From: Antedon mediterranea
Lineage: Eukaryota > Animalia > Echinodermata
Assembly: GCF_964355755.1 (NCBI RefSeq)
Contig: NC_092676.1
Location: 9,525,888 to 9,589,887, forward strand
Reading direction: 5' to 3'
Length of the DNA: 64,000 bases
The notes under the pieces were generated by a model that did no database searches, was not told the origin of the DNA, and saw only the letters and a list, made by a program, of their open reading frames with translations. This document shows positions 27,301 to 39,020 of the stretch, one piece after another (position 1 is the stretch's first letter; every line of letters begins with the position of its first letter). The translations under genes were made by a program, and so were the position numbers.

Positions 27301-30300
27301 TGACATCAACATCCAATCAGAAAACAGTATTCTGGCTAGCTGGCAGTTTTGTTGAGCGTAAAAAAATATCGCTTACCGGATATTGTTGTTGATTGTTTAT
27401 CAGCCATATTTTAAATCTGGGTGAGGGTCTTGTTACTAGTTAATCGTAGTTACCGAGACGTTCACAAGTCTACTGTTCCAAATAAAATAATGTACTGTTC
27501 TTAAAACAATGTTTGTGTATTTACAATTAAACCAAACGGAGCACCACGGCTTCCGTAAAATATCACAGTATCGAAAGTACCGCTTCCGCAAAATATCTCA
27601 ATAAAAGTACAGTTGATCCTAAAACAGCCACCAATCTATGGCAAAATACAGTAGATCAAACTGCTACCACAAAATATCACAACAGTAGATAAATACACAG
27701 TTAAGTCGAACAGTAGATCGAAATAACCGCTGCCACCAAATTAGATCCCACCGCTGCCACCAAATTATGTCACGAACTCTTCTCACGTATGTTTCCGAGC
27801 GGTTGAAAATACTCCCTTGTGACATAAAAGTATACACACAAAATCTACAAAGTTGTAAAATAACTCAAAAACAAAGCTTTAATTTCAATCAACTTCAACT
27901 TTTAAAAATCCAGTAAGCACTTTAAACAGCAGCTTCACAATAACTTTACAATATAATATCCAACTTCTAATCCAAACTTTTTCAAAATAAATGCTTCAAT
28001 CAAAAATCCTTCTCTCTCTTACAATTGTCATACTTCCCCTTATATACAATATGTTCATAACCTTCTAGATCATTCCTTATACTTCTTCTTATTCTATTGA
28101 TTACAGTTTCTATTAATAGCACTTCTGGAATGTTCTTGATTGTTCTTATTAATTATACATGGTTTCTTAAATCAAAACACCTATTCTAGAATGTTCATGT
28201 AAACACTATGTTACTCTATATGTTAGGGAATGGTAATTTATTACAAACTAATAAATACATAGAAATAAACTGTTAAAATTATTATTATTATTATCGAATA
28301 CCACGAAAATACACACATACGTTCTTAATGGTGAGGGCTTGATTCTGCATGGTAGTAAAGTTTGGAATTAACCGAAATTGAAACAAAGACTACATGTACG
28401 TTGGGTTAATAAAAATACATATGGCAATAATAATAATGATAATGACTTATTTATATTTCAGTACATCGCAGGATTGACGGTGATATTTACTATTGTAATC
28501 ATAGGGGGTTTCTTTTTACAACCTGATTTGGCCCTTAGCACACAGGTAATTAACAACATTAAATAAAAAAGCAATACTAATATAATTATGATGATAACCT
28601 ACATTCAACTATACGAATAATATACCCAAGTCAAGTTCTATGGTGATTAGGCCTCTGTATACCGTATATTCTGGCTTCAGCCGATTCTCGGTACTCTATC
28701 TATTTCGGAAGTATCATAAGAATATTTGATAATACAACATCACATGTATTTCACATGTATCTAGAGTAACCTAACCCTTAACCTAACCTTACATGATACA
28801 GGCACCTCATGTGATGCTGTATTACCAAATATTCCTATGACACATCGGATAGATAGTATGTGGAGATTTAGCACATTAATTGTTCTTGTAATCCACTGAC
28901 TTGGCGGATTTATTCGTACAAATCACAATCGTTGGTTTAAACTTTATGCGCATGTATATTCATACTTCTGTCTTCAAAGCCCACCTTTTTGTGACGAATT
29001 AGAATTCTTTGGAGTGTTTCGCTTCAGATAAATGTGACCAGTAATTCATGAGCTCTGATTGGTTGCACATTTATTTACTTGGTAAAACGTAGAAACTATT
29101 CTAACTACCATGCACAGTAAAATCGAAAGAAAACCTCAAAATCTTCCAATTTGTGCAAATAAATTTACTTTTATTAAGTCTGTTATATTCGTTTGTTCTG
29201 TGTTTTAAACATATTTTCCTATTGTGTATGCTTGTTGTCAAACTATCTTATCATTATTCTGTGCAATTTTATCTCCATCTTTAAAAAATATATATTTTAG
29301 AAAGAGGCGATGATCCTGGACTTAAAATATTACTACGTCGGCCCTGGAGGAGACGAGCACGCCGCCAATGACAATACACTTTTTTGGGATATCATGCAAG
29401 ATCATGTTTGTATATACTTTAGTATTATTATACATGATGAGCTCCTATTTTAAATATACAATATCACAAAACCTAATTTAGGTGAAAAATACCTGAATAT
29501 AATAAAAACATGATAATAATATAAAGTTGTCCTGGTCAATTTCAATCGATAATTCTTTAATTCATAGTCGTCAAGTCATTTCGTCGTTATTCTATCACAA
29601 CCTCTACAAACCTCATTGTATTTTGTGCTTGTAAATGTGTAATGAATTGAAGACCGGCCACAGATTGCAGTAAATATAAATATTATATAAATACAACTTG
29701 TTTTTAATATGTACTTTTATGGTTTGATTATGCTTTTTTTTTAAGAATTTCCTCTCAGGCAGGATGGTATCACAACCTTGTTTATGTACCATTCAAACCG
29801 CGTATTTCGACAAAAAAATATATGTTTTCTGAAAAACAATTCCGCTATTATTTGCATGTGAACCCTGACAATATATTGGGTATAAATTAAATTTCATAAA
29901 ACAAAAAGGAGATTTTGATATTTGATAGAATATAGCGACGCTATGAAACACATTAGTTCAATTTATAACCAATGAAAGCAGTAAAACGAAATAATTATCT
30001 TACTTAAACAAAACACAGTTTGTTTTCTTTTTAGGTTAAACTATCCGATGATAATTATTTCTGTTTCAAACATTTAAATATTTGTAAATGAAATGCAAAC
30101 TTAAAGCTCTGTCACACAATCAAACTACTTTGACAAAACAGTTTGATGTGCAGGGCGCCCAAATACGGTAGTGATGATCACCGTGTCCATGTTATATAGG
30201 CACATCACATGTATTTGTCACATAAAGGTTAATAGTGCAGACATAGCTTTAAACGTTCAGAGTTTGCCTCATTTGTTTTAGTACGACTGCTGCGGTGTAA

Positions 30301-32681
30301 CAAACCCTAACGACTATAAAGAAGTGACCAACTGGTGGATAGATCAGCCAATTGCATCACGTGTCAAAGTCCCACTTTCGTGTTGTAAAAAGGATAGTAA
30401 AGGAGAACCAATTAATGAACGTCATTGCCAGGATCAGCACACTGATTACAGCCAAGTTTATAGCAGGGTAGATACACTTTTGATAATTCATATATTTTTG
30501 TTAGTAATGACACTGATTCACACCACCTGCACAAATGTTGCTTGCCCTGCTTTGCGATCAAAGAAAGACAGTTGTTGAGCGGTGAAATGTGTAAAAAGTT
30601 ACATTTGTGCAAATATGACACTTTCAAATGTGCAGATCTGTAAAAATGTATAATTCACTAATGTACAAACATCACGCCGTTAAATGTAACAACGATCTGT
30701 TTTGAAGTTAAATGTGCAAACAAAATTCTACAAATGTACAAATCATTTTCTTTAACAAAATGAATGAATTAACAGGAAAATCATATCGATGAAGTAGGTA
30801 TATGAATGAATAGGCCTATAGTATAATCCTTAGGAGAATGTATGTTGTGAATTTAAAATAAGAGGACAAAGGAGACTTCAATTTCCACGGTATAGAAGTT
30901 ACCATATGCCCAGCAAGCAGCGACCACGTGTCAGTCCTGCATCCTCCCCGGACAGTTTATTTTAGCCTTTATTACTACAATTTAATGGCTATATTTTAAA
31001 GACATTGTCTCGTGACTATTTAGAATTAGGTCACCAATTTTAATAAACTGATTGTGGTTGAAAAAATTATTTTATATTTTATATATTTTATTTTTGTCTG
31101 TAGAATTTTATTTGCACATTAATTTAACCTCAAAACTGATCATGTTTACATTTAAAGGCGTGATGTTTGCACATTAGTGGATTATACATTTTTACAGATT
31201 TGCACATTTGATGGTAACATATTTGCACAAATGTGGTTATTTCGACTTTTTCGACAAGTTTGACGTAAAGCCAACGATCTACTAACGCTATCGTATGAAA
31301 ATGTCAGTATTTTTCCTGTAGGACTACTGTAGGAATACGTATTTACAAATGAGTCGTTTCTTTTTTTTTAGGGTTGCTATACCGTTTTGGAAATGCAAGC
31401 CGAAAGTTATATAACACCTTTATCGTCGGGTCGATTTGCGATATTATTGGTAAGGAAACTAACAATACGTGGAACAAATGTATGAGTGAGTGAATAAAAC
31501 AAAAAGATAACCCAGTATGACTTAAAATACTACAACTTAACATACTAAAAAAAATCGATGAAGACATCAACGGTGAATGAATTAATGAAGGAATGTACAC
31601 AAATGTTAAAAGGGTGTGAGTGAGTGAATCAAAAACACTTATTGAACTTGAAGAAAGGCGACCGGTCCAACAAAATACTAGATAATTGACACAGAATTGT
31701 ACTGGCAAACTACTACGTATGGTACTGCCAGTGACCTGGATCTAATAGGTTCGTGTCCAACCCAAGAATAATTTCTATATCTTAATAAAATGTTTTCATA
31801 TTAGGTATATGTACATATATCATACTGTTAAATTATAGAAACAGTGCTCATATTCGGAACATGATCTCATAATCGCGTCGAGCACAGCTCATTGGCGAAA
31901 GTTCCATATTTTTTTAGTTGTGTGAAAAATGTCTTTGGCGGGATTCGAACCTGTGACCTCTCGCTTACAGGGCGAGTATCATACCACTAGACGACAGAGC
32001 CATACATGGTAGTATCACAGATTTTCACCCACCAGATACATTCTCTCATACAACAAACGCCCTTACAATCAGTGGAGGCCTAACTAGTCAGAATAATTCC
32101 AATATATATTGGAAACAGGTCGAAACGTCGTACACGTACGTATTCATGGTGTAACGTAAAGAATTACATACAGATAAATAACTTCTATAATTTGTTCATC
32201 AAAAGTTTTCTTAATGTAAATGTTAGAATTGTCAATCCTCAATAATAACCAACTAATGTCATTGACTGTATTTAACCAACTGTCATTGACTGTATTTTGA
32301 TTGAATGTAGGCCTACTGAAAAATATTCTCTTGCATTGTAACAGTATTTAAAAAAAGTATCCAAAATAGAAAGTCAACATAGGGAATACACAATTGACTT
32401 GACTGACTTGAAATAGTTAACTATTATCTAGCAACAGCTGCAAAAATTGTGTCAAGAAATCGCACACAATGAATTAACAAGTGGCCCAGGATGGATGCAA
32501 ATATATATATACCTAACGTTTCCTACTCGAATAGCAATTTTTACTTATCAAACTTTTACAAAGTAAATTGTTTCTATTAACATATACGAAGTAATTGCAT
32601 TATTGTGGTTTTTTCTTTCAGCTTCTCAGCCTGCTCTTCCAATTCTTTTGTTTTTACCAAGAGATGAGTCACCCAGAGTAG
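6340..32681 (+). CDS. Tetraspanin-family protein, 7 coding exons: 6340-6429, 6658-6849, 28462-28545, 29301-29405, 30282-30467, 31372-31449, 32622-32681 (264 aa)
   Basis: All introns are GT..AG and phase 0, and the joined frame is open: MAELAQPESNHSPREDSCYGCFQFLNVIYA/ISGIGMVVLS...GWKRNRCTVFA/YIAGLTVIFTIVIIGGFFLQPDLALSTQ/KEAMILDLK...FWDIMQDH/YDCCGVTNPNDY...VPLSCCKK...HCQD...YSR/GCYTVLEM...RFAILL/LLSLLFQFFCFYQEMSHPE*. Four hydrophobic segments; CCG, PxSCC and GC motifs in a 6-Cys EC2 loop. Confidence 0.92.
6915..7150 (-). mobile_element. RTE-clade LINE 3' fragment
   Basis: IQGNISGGRRRGRQRKRWEDNIKKWT...DRVRWRRIV is a typical RTE C-terminus; (CTGAA)n-like tail. Confidence 0.8.
7629..8660 (-). mobile_element. 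Rex/Babar/CR1-group LINE 3' fragment (degenerate RT)
   Basis: GVPQG..., VKFADDT and KTKEMIIDF-like motifs; FYRSVICSV..Y and DASHPLH; (TCTTA)n tail at 7629-7652. Confidence 0.82.
9593..12003. mobile_element. Kolobok-like non-autonomous DNA transposon (2.4 kb)
   Basis: TTAA|AGATGTATTGTCCCCC...GGGGGACAATACATCT|TTAA: TIRs with purine termini and a TTAA TSD. Confidence 0.8.
12024..12390. mobile_element. Kolobok-like MITE of the same family, opposite orientation
   Basis: TTAA|AAATGTATTGTACCCTG...GGGGGACAATACATCT|TTAA. Confidence 0.8.
12622..13766 (+). mobile_element. Helentron-associated non-autonomous element (HINE/DINE-like)
   Basis: T-run followed by sub-terminal IR ACTCGGGGTA (12631) / TACCCCGAGT (13737), then hairpin GCACA-TT-TGTGC and TTGTT end; no TSD. 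Confidence 0.65.
13915..16637 (-). pseudogene. Nested antisense spliced gene relic: proline-rich tandem-repeat region, acidic FFAT-like segment and basic tail. Exons ~16637-15150, 14861-14697, 14588-14147, 14033-13915
   Basis: Canonical acceptors and donors with compatible phase for the last three exons. The frame is broken by stops (16291-16293, 14848-14850, 14470-14472) and frameshifts (~16345, ~15290, ~14230). The exon1-exon2 junction is unresolved. Confidence 0.65.
15240..16482 (-). repeat. 105-bp coding tandem repeat, about 12 units (35 aa: MAHSIQGDDNIVKEDKFHQIKPPVAPKPATKSVKK)
   Basis: Seen directly in the DNA and in ORFs 15286-16227 and 16296-16574. One unit is 108 bp. Confidence 0.97.
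16911..18373 (-). mobile_element. Non-autonomous Helitron
   Basis: 5' A|TCTATATATA at 18373; 3' GC-rich hairpin GAGGGTGCGCGAGCGAAGCGAGCGAACCCTC ending CTAG|T at 16911; A/T insertion site. Confidence 0.75.
18900..19545 (+). mobile_element. Rex/Babar-like LINE fragment
   Basis: IVDFR...YKYLGTIIDEKLDW...KKGQQRLYLLR; AATAAA(GAAT)n tail. Confidence 0.75.
19557..20949. mobile_element. Long-TIR non-autonomous DNA transposon (GGGTGTCACGAAA termini, CTAAGA subrepeats) carrying a Kolobok MITE at 20204-20542
   Basis: Several hundred bp of inverted homology between the arms; a short copy of the same family lies at 25630-25866. Confidence 0.75.
20950..21235 (-). mobile_element. RTE-clade LINE RT fragment
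   Basis: FKCLGA...SRIAQ...LKTIWR..ITLTSKIRLMR...FLYACESWTL. Confidence 0.82.
21300..22905 (-). mobile_element. Tx1/L1-clade LINE fragment: ORF1 C-terminal half with two CCHC zinc knuckles and ORF2 APE endonuclease
   Basis: CNKCLKNGHEAYQC and CFKCRQEGHTMSTC; SLNVRG...IIFIQESH; SDH...RGPGLWKMN; LIRSRVKW-like segment. Confidence 0.9.
24106..24966. mobile_element. Non-autonomous DNA transposon with TAG...CTA termini and 9-bp TSD (AcademH-like, tentative)
   Basis: TSD AGTTCGCCT at 24097-24105 and 24967-24975; imperfect termini TAGTCTGGGCTCC / GGGGCAAGTCTA. Confidence 0.7.
25098..26450. mobile_element. GAAAACAGAGACC-repeat foldback element with a nested GGGTGTCACG MITE (25630-25866)
   Basis: Direct and inverted CTCGAAAACAGAGACC motifs. 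The nested MITE is flanked by ttatataggg / ttatatgggg. Confidence 0.7.
30103..30251. mobile_element. Small Harbinger-type MITE (second copy at 51599-51768)
   Basis: aagctctgtc(t)acac...atagtg..gaca.agctt termini and internal sequence shared by both copies. Confidence 0.65.
31931..32001 (-). mobile_element. tRNA-derived SINE head or tRNA pseudogene
   Basis: A box GTCTAGTGG, B box GGTTCGAATCC and anticodon stem CTCGC/GCGAG, but mismatched acceptor and T stems and C at position 33. Confidence 0.7.
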
Positions 32682-34485
32682 GAACTGTACTAACATGTGA
32701 GAGCATACTTCAGATGATGGGGCATGAGCTACGTGTAAATTCACTGAACTTGTCAATAGATATTTTGTATGCGGATATTTTGAAATTAATGTACAGTGTC
32801 TATGCCTAAGCATCAATAAAAAAAATGTTTTAATAGTTAGATTGAGATTCGTTTTATTGTCATACTTTTTATAAAATTAGAATCCGTCTAGAGGCATACT
32901 GTGTGTATTCATAAAGATTTTTTTCTGACAATTTTCAGAAAGATCACTTTTAAAGAATATTTTGTTTTTGTATTCAGAAATATTTAAATATTTAGTTGCT
33001 TATACGTAATTACTGATATTGTTCTGATATTCATAAATGTTTTAATATTTAGTTGGTTATACAGTACTTAATTACTGATACTTCAATAGTCAAACATGAA
33101 CACTAGCCTAATAATTAAAGCGATATGCATGGTAACATTCTTGTTTTGTTATAAAAATAGGCATACAGTTTAACAGTAGTTTAGTTAGTATTGTTTTGAG
33201 GCTTTCTTAGTAGTGAAATTCAATATATTAATCTGTGATATATTGATAACCACGTTTTCTTTTCAGAACTACATACGCAATGTACCGCAAAATAAATATC
33301 TTCTAATAGTATTCAAATATAAAGCAACTATACTATTTTTTTCTATGTTGATATTATTGATTGATAAAATACAACACAATTAATATCAAGAAATGATGAC
33401 ATACACTATCAAAATGCTTGGTAAATAGTAGATCATGTCAATCAATGAATTCTACTACAAATAGAAATAATATAATAATAATATAGTAAATACAATATTG
33501 TGTATAGTGCATGTGGCGGGACGTTTATTCGAGGAAATAAATTCTAAATGATGTTATATTAGGATGGGGCCGTTACTTTCAGGGGAGTTTATTTGAATAA
33601 ATACGGTAATTAGAAACCACTTAGTTACAGTAAGTAGCTAAGTAACAACACATTTATTTAGACCAAACGTATTAATTTTGTAAACATCTTTTGTAAGTGT
33701 AGTATAGAAATATATGAGAAAAAAGGAGTTTATCAAATTGTAATGACATTAGAAATTAACAAAAATGTAATCAATATGATTTTATGTGATGACACGAAAG
33801 ATGATATGAATGTGATTAAAAGTGGTGTGTAGCCTACGCCACAAAAAAGAGAACAAAAAACTTACAGTAAGTATAAAGTTTAAAGCAAATCGTCTAACAC
33901 GACAAAGCTTCTATCACGATTTATATTGTTTACGGCACAACAGCAGCAAGCTCAGACAACACACAACTTCAATTTAAGAGGAATTTATAAACATGTCTTG
34001 CACCTAATATTTTAAAGTAGGCCTAGACTGTACAACTTTTACAACTGTTTAACGCAACTCATACAATTATATTTCAAGTTAGTTATATAGTTATTCTATG
34101 AGAAATAACTAATATATAATCTATTTCTATTGAGATCCAGTCATGATTCGCACAACATTGTCATTTGTTTTAGAAATTTGCCTTTTGATTAATGTTTAAT
34201 TTAAATAAATAAAATGTAGGCCTAACTAAATGTGTCAGAATGCGCAATGGTGAAGAAATGAAAATGTATTAAGAAGACATATCGGAAAATTATATCAACC
34301 TACATATATGCATAATAGATAGAAGAAAAATGAATAAAATAATGGCAACCATCGATAGGGACCTACATATGACATATGATTTCCGTTAATAAATTCATTA
34401 TCAAGGTTTACATACAAAAATAACGAAGGCTGGTCAAATGTATTTCAGTTTCAAACCCTCACAGTTGCACAAGGTGGGAAGTACA

Positions 34486-35260
34486 CTTATTTATTTATTC
34501 AACACAATTTCAAGAGGGTGACCTAGCCAGCGGAAGCTGATTTTGAGGGCCCTCTACATTACAGGTAAAAAATATATTACATTAGTTAAAATTCAATAAA
34601 GTATAAATATATAAATGTAAATTGAAAGACAAAAAAGTAAAAAGGTAAGGAAGATAAAAATTTTAAATGTGTCATTATTAAACATAACATTCTTTAATTT
34701 ACTTTTAAAATTTGAAAAAGTATTACAATTTCTAATTGAAACGTTTAAATAGTATTTAGGTCCTTTATAATTAAAAGAATATTTAACAAGTTCACATTGA
34801 GGTCTTGCAACAACGAAATCACCCCTGGAAAGTTGCCGGGAAGACATTCTACCATTGGCAGTAATTCTGGCAAGCCCACGGCAGATGTTAGTTGAGGCGA
34901 GATTGTTAGAGGCACGATAGGCAAGACAGTCCATTTGGTAGTCAGCACGTTGAGAAACAGTAAGAGTAGAAATGGTGTTAAAGAGTTGACGGGAAGGAGT
35001 AGTTTAAGGAACTTGGAGAATAGTTCGGAGAGCTCTATTTTGAAGTTTCTTAATCTTAGAGATGTGACTAGGCCTTGAGTCCCACACCGTGATGCATTAA
35101 TCGATGTGGGTAAGAATAAGGAGTTGTAAAGAAAAAGGGCAGTGGAAAATTTAAGGAAACATCTAGTGCGGGAGAGAAGGAAAATAGAAGAATTACGTTT
35201 ATTGCAAAGGTGGGATATATGGTTGTTCCAGGTAAGGGTATTGTCAATACATTTTTAGTT
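34486..35260 (-). mobile_element. CR1/L2-group LINE 3' fragment
   Basis: Degenerate LILPHID...VWDS and PQCELVKYSFNYKGP...FKSKLK; 3' stem-loop and (AATA)n tail. Confidence 0.7.
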
Positions 35261-36329
35261 GCTACATGTACACAAGGAAAAGAAAGAATTGTTGTTAAAT
35301 ACCGAGACCGTGATAAACCGTTTCTAATATTACATAATTGTGTATGTTTGTTTAAAATTCATTACACTATTAGTTGTTTATTTCAGGGAACAGATGATTT
35401 AAAACGTGTGATGTTGCAGACTATAATTACCGACAAAGAGGAAACGAGAACTCCCCAGATGACGTCACATTTCTATGAAACGATAAGATTGTTATGAGGC
35501 CTTTGACCAGGACCTACCAGACTATGCTCACTTTATTTTTTCAGATAGTTTTAGAAATCTATTTAAATATAATGATTTTATGTAATGACATGAGATAATA
35601 TGAATGTGAATAAAAGTGGTGTTTGCGCCACAAAATAAAAAAAAGAAATCAATTTGGGTTCCTCAGTACATTCGGGTGATGAACCATCAGGATGTAATGA
35701 CCTCATGATCTGCATAGCTTTGAAAAACGCTGAAAACCTAAACTAATAGTAGTAGTAATACTAGTAATAGTAGTCTATGAGTGCCGCTTACATGGATAAA
35801 CTGAGCCCGTGCAACTCAGAGGGATGGCTTAGATACGAAAAGTAAAAAGTTCTTAGAACACTCCATACCATAATGGACTTGTCAGCAACCACGCCCTCCA
35901 AATAAAAAATAAAAGAAACTGTTTTTAATTTCATCAAAATCTGACTACGGAAAGTTCCGAAAGAAAATGTATTATATATGACTTTATGGTGTGTGATGGT
36001 GTGCATTGCAAAAATGTTTTAAATATATGACAAAGCAGTAGTTTTGCATAGATCTCCCCAATTATCGGTGTGATTTTTATTTAAATTGTAGTGTCTGGTG
36101 ATTGGCTATAAAATGGTTAGGTCATCTCCACTTAATCACCGGGCCTATTTGAATCCAAATCGTGGTTCCTGATATGTGATTGGCTGGTCAGTTGCGATAC
36201 GTCACTAACCGTTCCACTCGCCCTCGTTTTGAAAGTAGAAGTCTGCCACATTTCAACGTATAGTAGCTATCAGCTTAACGGCAGCTAATGACAGCTTACA
36301 TCAGTATTTTAGTTATGTTGTGATCTAAA

Positions 36330-37750
36330 GATCCATTACAACAATTTTTACGCATGTTAGAACACTTTGTCTCGTCATGGATAAAACCCAAGATCACGCC
36401 TAAATTAGACGAAATGCAATTTGGAAATCGCACAGGAGCGTCTACAAGTCACTATCTTACTAGCATGTTACACTATTTACTTCAAGGTCTTGATAAACCT
36501 GGACACGAAGCAACGGTTATTGCAGTTGATTTTCGTAAAGCGTTTGACCTAATTGATCATACAATCGCTGTCAAGAAGTTAATTGATATTGGAGTTCAAC
36601 CTGAATTGATGCCGTGGATTTGTGATTTTCTGAGCGAACGTAAACAGAGAGTGAAACTCAATGGCGGTTTTTAAAACTGGCAAGGAATAACTTGCGGAGT
36701 TCCTCAGGGGACGAAACTGGGTCCCTTAATTTTCCAAGTAATGGTTAACAATTCGCTTAGAGAATTCCCAAATCGGTGGAAGTATGTAGATGATTTGTCA
36801 ATATGTGAAGTTCACAACAAGAAAACCCCGCCTAATGTTCAAGATCAATTAAACGAACTATCACAATGGACCAAAGACAATAATATGATAATTAATATTG
36901 AAAAAACTAACTTTATGAACATTTCTTTTGCCAAATCTCAACCCATTGTTAAATCATTTACGATAAATAATATAAAAATAACCAATGTTGAATGCTTAAA
37001 GTTACTTGGGGTTCAGATCACTAATGATCTGAAATGGAATATGCATATCCACGATGTTGTTAATAGAGCCAGTAAGAGATTACATATGTTGACATGTTTA
37101 AAAAGATTTGGAATGCCTTGTAACCATCTGCGTCAAATGTATATTAGCCACATAAGACCTGTAACTGAATATGCGTGTCCGGTATGGCACTCTGCTTTAA
37201 CCATAGCACAATCCATGGAGCTTGAATCTATACAGAAACGCGCATGTAGAATAATTCTCGGACAAAAATATGCATCCTATGATCAAGCAATTAAACTACT
37301 TAATCTTAAATTTTTAGATCAAAGAAGAGAAGATATTCTTCTTGATTTTGCTAAAAATCTTAACAAAATCGTTCCTAACGCACTTCCTAAATTGAGAGGC
37401 GAAACGTGTGGCAGGATACTTAGGAATGCTAAGAAGCAAAGTGAAATATATGGCAATACTAAAAGATTCAACAACTCATGTTTCCCAGCACTGTGTAGAC
37501 TAATTAATAAACCAAAATAAACACAACAATAATAATAATAATAAGTAATACTGTAAGTAATTTCATCAGTTTCTTCCATGTGTAATATCTCCTTTTTAAA
37601 AATATTTTTTTTAACTTTTTAACTTTTTAATGTTGTAAATTTTGATGTTTGAAAGCTTGTACCAATTTTATATGTAAATCTCTCGCAATTCAGTTTTATT
37701 TTATATATACTGCAAAGAGAAATATTGAATAAAAGCAGAATGAATGAATA
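36330..37750 (+). mobile_element. CR1/L2-group LINE, 5'-truncated, RT domain with a single in-frame stop at 36672-36674
   Basis: QFGNR, VDFRKAFD, GVPQGTKLGP, KYVDD, KLLGV, IRPVTEYACPVW, LESIQKRA; AATAAA plus (GAAT)n tail. The two ORFs share one frame. Confidence 0.92.
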
Positions 37751-38699
37751 AAGAGATATATTGTGCCCCTGAAAAAACTTTTTATTTAAAATGTTTTCGT
37801 TGAATATGCCATTTTAATGTCACATAATTATGAGTGAAAAATAAGATTTGGATTTTACAAGACATTTGCGTTGATTCATACCTGTTTATTGAATATGTAA
37901 ATATTGTATATTAGGCCTATAATACGGATGTTGTTTTGTAAAAACTCAGACTCTAGAAGAATTATAATAAATTATTTATATTGCCTTAAAAAAAATTCAA
38001 AATTATGTTTATGCGATTTATCTAAATAATTAAAATGCGTTAAAACATCTTAGAATAGATAGGCCTTACGGCGAAGCTGAAATGATGCCTGGAAAAGCAA
38101 TCCCGTTCCTCATCAAGCATAATACTTTTTTACCACATATACTGTTCTAAATAAATACTAATAGTACAAAAAGTAAAAGTTCCACAAAAAAATACCTGGC
38201 GTTTGGTAGAAAATTACCGTTAAAGTTGGTAAATATGCCAACGATTTCTTACGAAATAGCGAGGCTGAAACAACTGGTGGCGCACTATAACTAGACTGTA
38301 CTATTATTATCACGGTTTATAAGAAATATATAGGCAAGTTATTTATTATCAAAATAGATTTATTCTTTATTTTTTTAAATAAATTTGGTGAATACAAATT
38401 TATATTAACTCTAAAATTGAAATTTAGAGTTAATAATTATCCCCCGATATTAAAACATTTATAATTACAAATGGCTTCAACTGCTCGTATAATGGTTTCT
38501 CCCGACAGGTAGGCTATTAATAGCAGTAGAAATACAGCAGCAATAATGCTAAGTTTATACCGTAGGATGTACATAGTGACTGATATGATTTAACTGTGAA
38601 ACATATAGAACACATATTCCTAGTAATAAACACCAATGCAATAGTAAATATAAATTAATAAATAAAATACAAACATCAAATATTTGTTTTGTTTCAATG

Positions 38700-39020
38700 T
38701 AATTGTATTTATTCTCATGGTTAATATTTTTCTTCATATTCTCATGGTTACACAATTTCTTTTAATGGTTACACAATTTCTTTATATTCTCATAGTTACT
38801 ATTTTTCTTTATATTCTCATGGTTACATTATTTATTTATATTCTCATGGTTACAGTTTTTATTATTATATTCTCATGGTTACATTATTTATTTATATTCT
38901 CATGGTTACAGTTTTTATTATTATATTCTCATGGTTACATTATTTATTTATATTCTCATGGTTACAGTTTTTATTATTATATTCTCATGGTTATATTATT
39001 TATTTATATTGTCATGGTTT
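38700..39020. repeat. Minisatellite (~28/31-bp alternating units, core ATATTCTCATGGTTACA) inside the Academ element
   Basis: Seen directly; it explains the spurious ORFs 38684-39115 and 38875-39087. Confidence 0.9.

Larger units (their letters stand above)
23996..27372. mobile_element. MULE/Mutator-like non-autonomous element with long TIRs, inserted in the Gypsy
   Basis: Perfect 9-bp TSD TTACCGGAT (23987-23995, 27373-27381). TIRs of ~230 bp start GCGATATTTTTTTACGCTCAAC; the left TIR is split by a younger insertion. Confidence 0.85.
23334..28245 (-). mobile_element. Internally deleted Gypsy LTR retrotransposon: 5' LTR 28245-27768, PBS 27762-27745, gag/integrase remnant 23985-23521, PPT 23465-23452, truncated 3' LTR 23451-23334
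   Basis: LTR runs TGTAATA...CGTGACA; its first ~115 bp recur after the PPT AGAAAGAGGGGGGAG. PBS TGGTGGCAGCGGTGGGAT is complementary to the tRNA-Leu 3' end. Integrase-like LVV...VLKVSHD...EPFRQIYMNIVGSL. Confidence 0.88.

Noticed and set aside
27768-28245. Solo LTR with an apparent aatta/aacta TSD
   Set aside because: It is followed by a PBS and paired with a PPT and partial 3' LTR at 23451, so it is the 5' LTR; the flank similarity is coincidental.
31931-32001. Functional tRNA-Thr(TGT)
   Set aside because: Acceptor and T stems are mismatched and U33 is absent; better explained as a SINE head or pseudogene.
32085-32140. Second hammerhead (hairpin followed by GAAACGTC)
   Set aside because: No upstream CTGANGA core is present.
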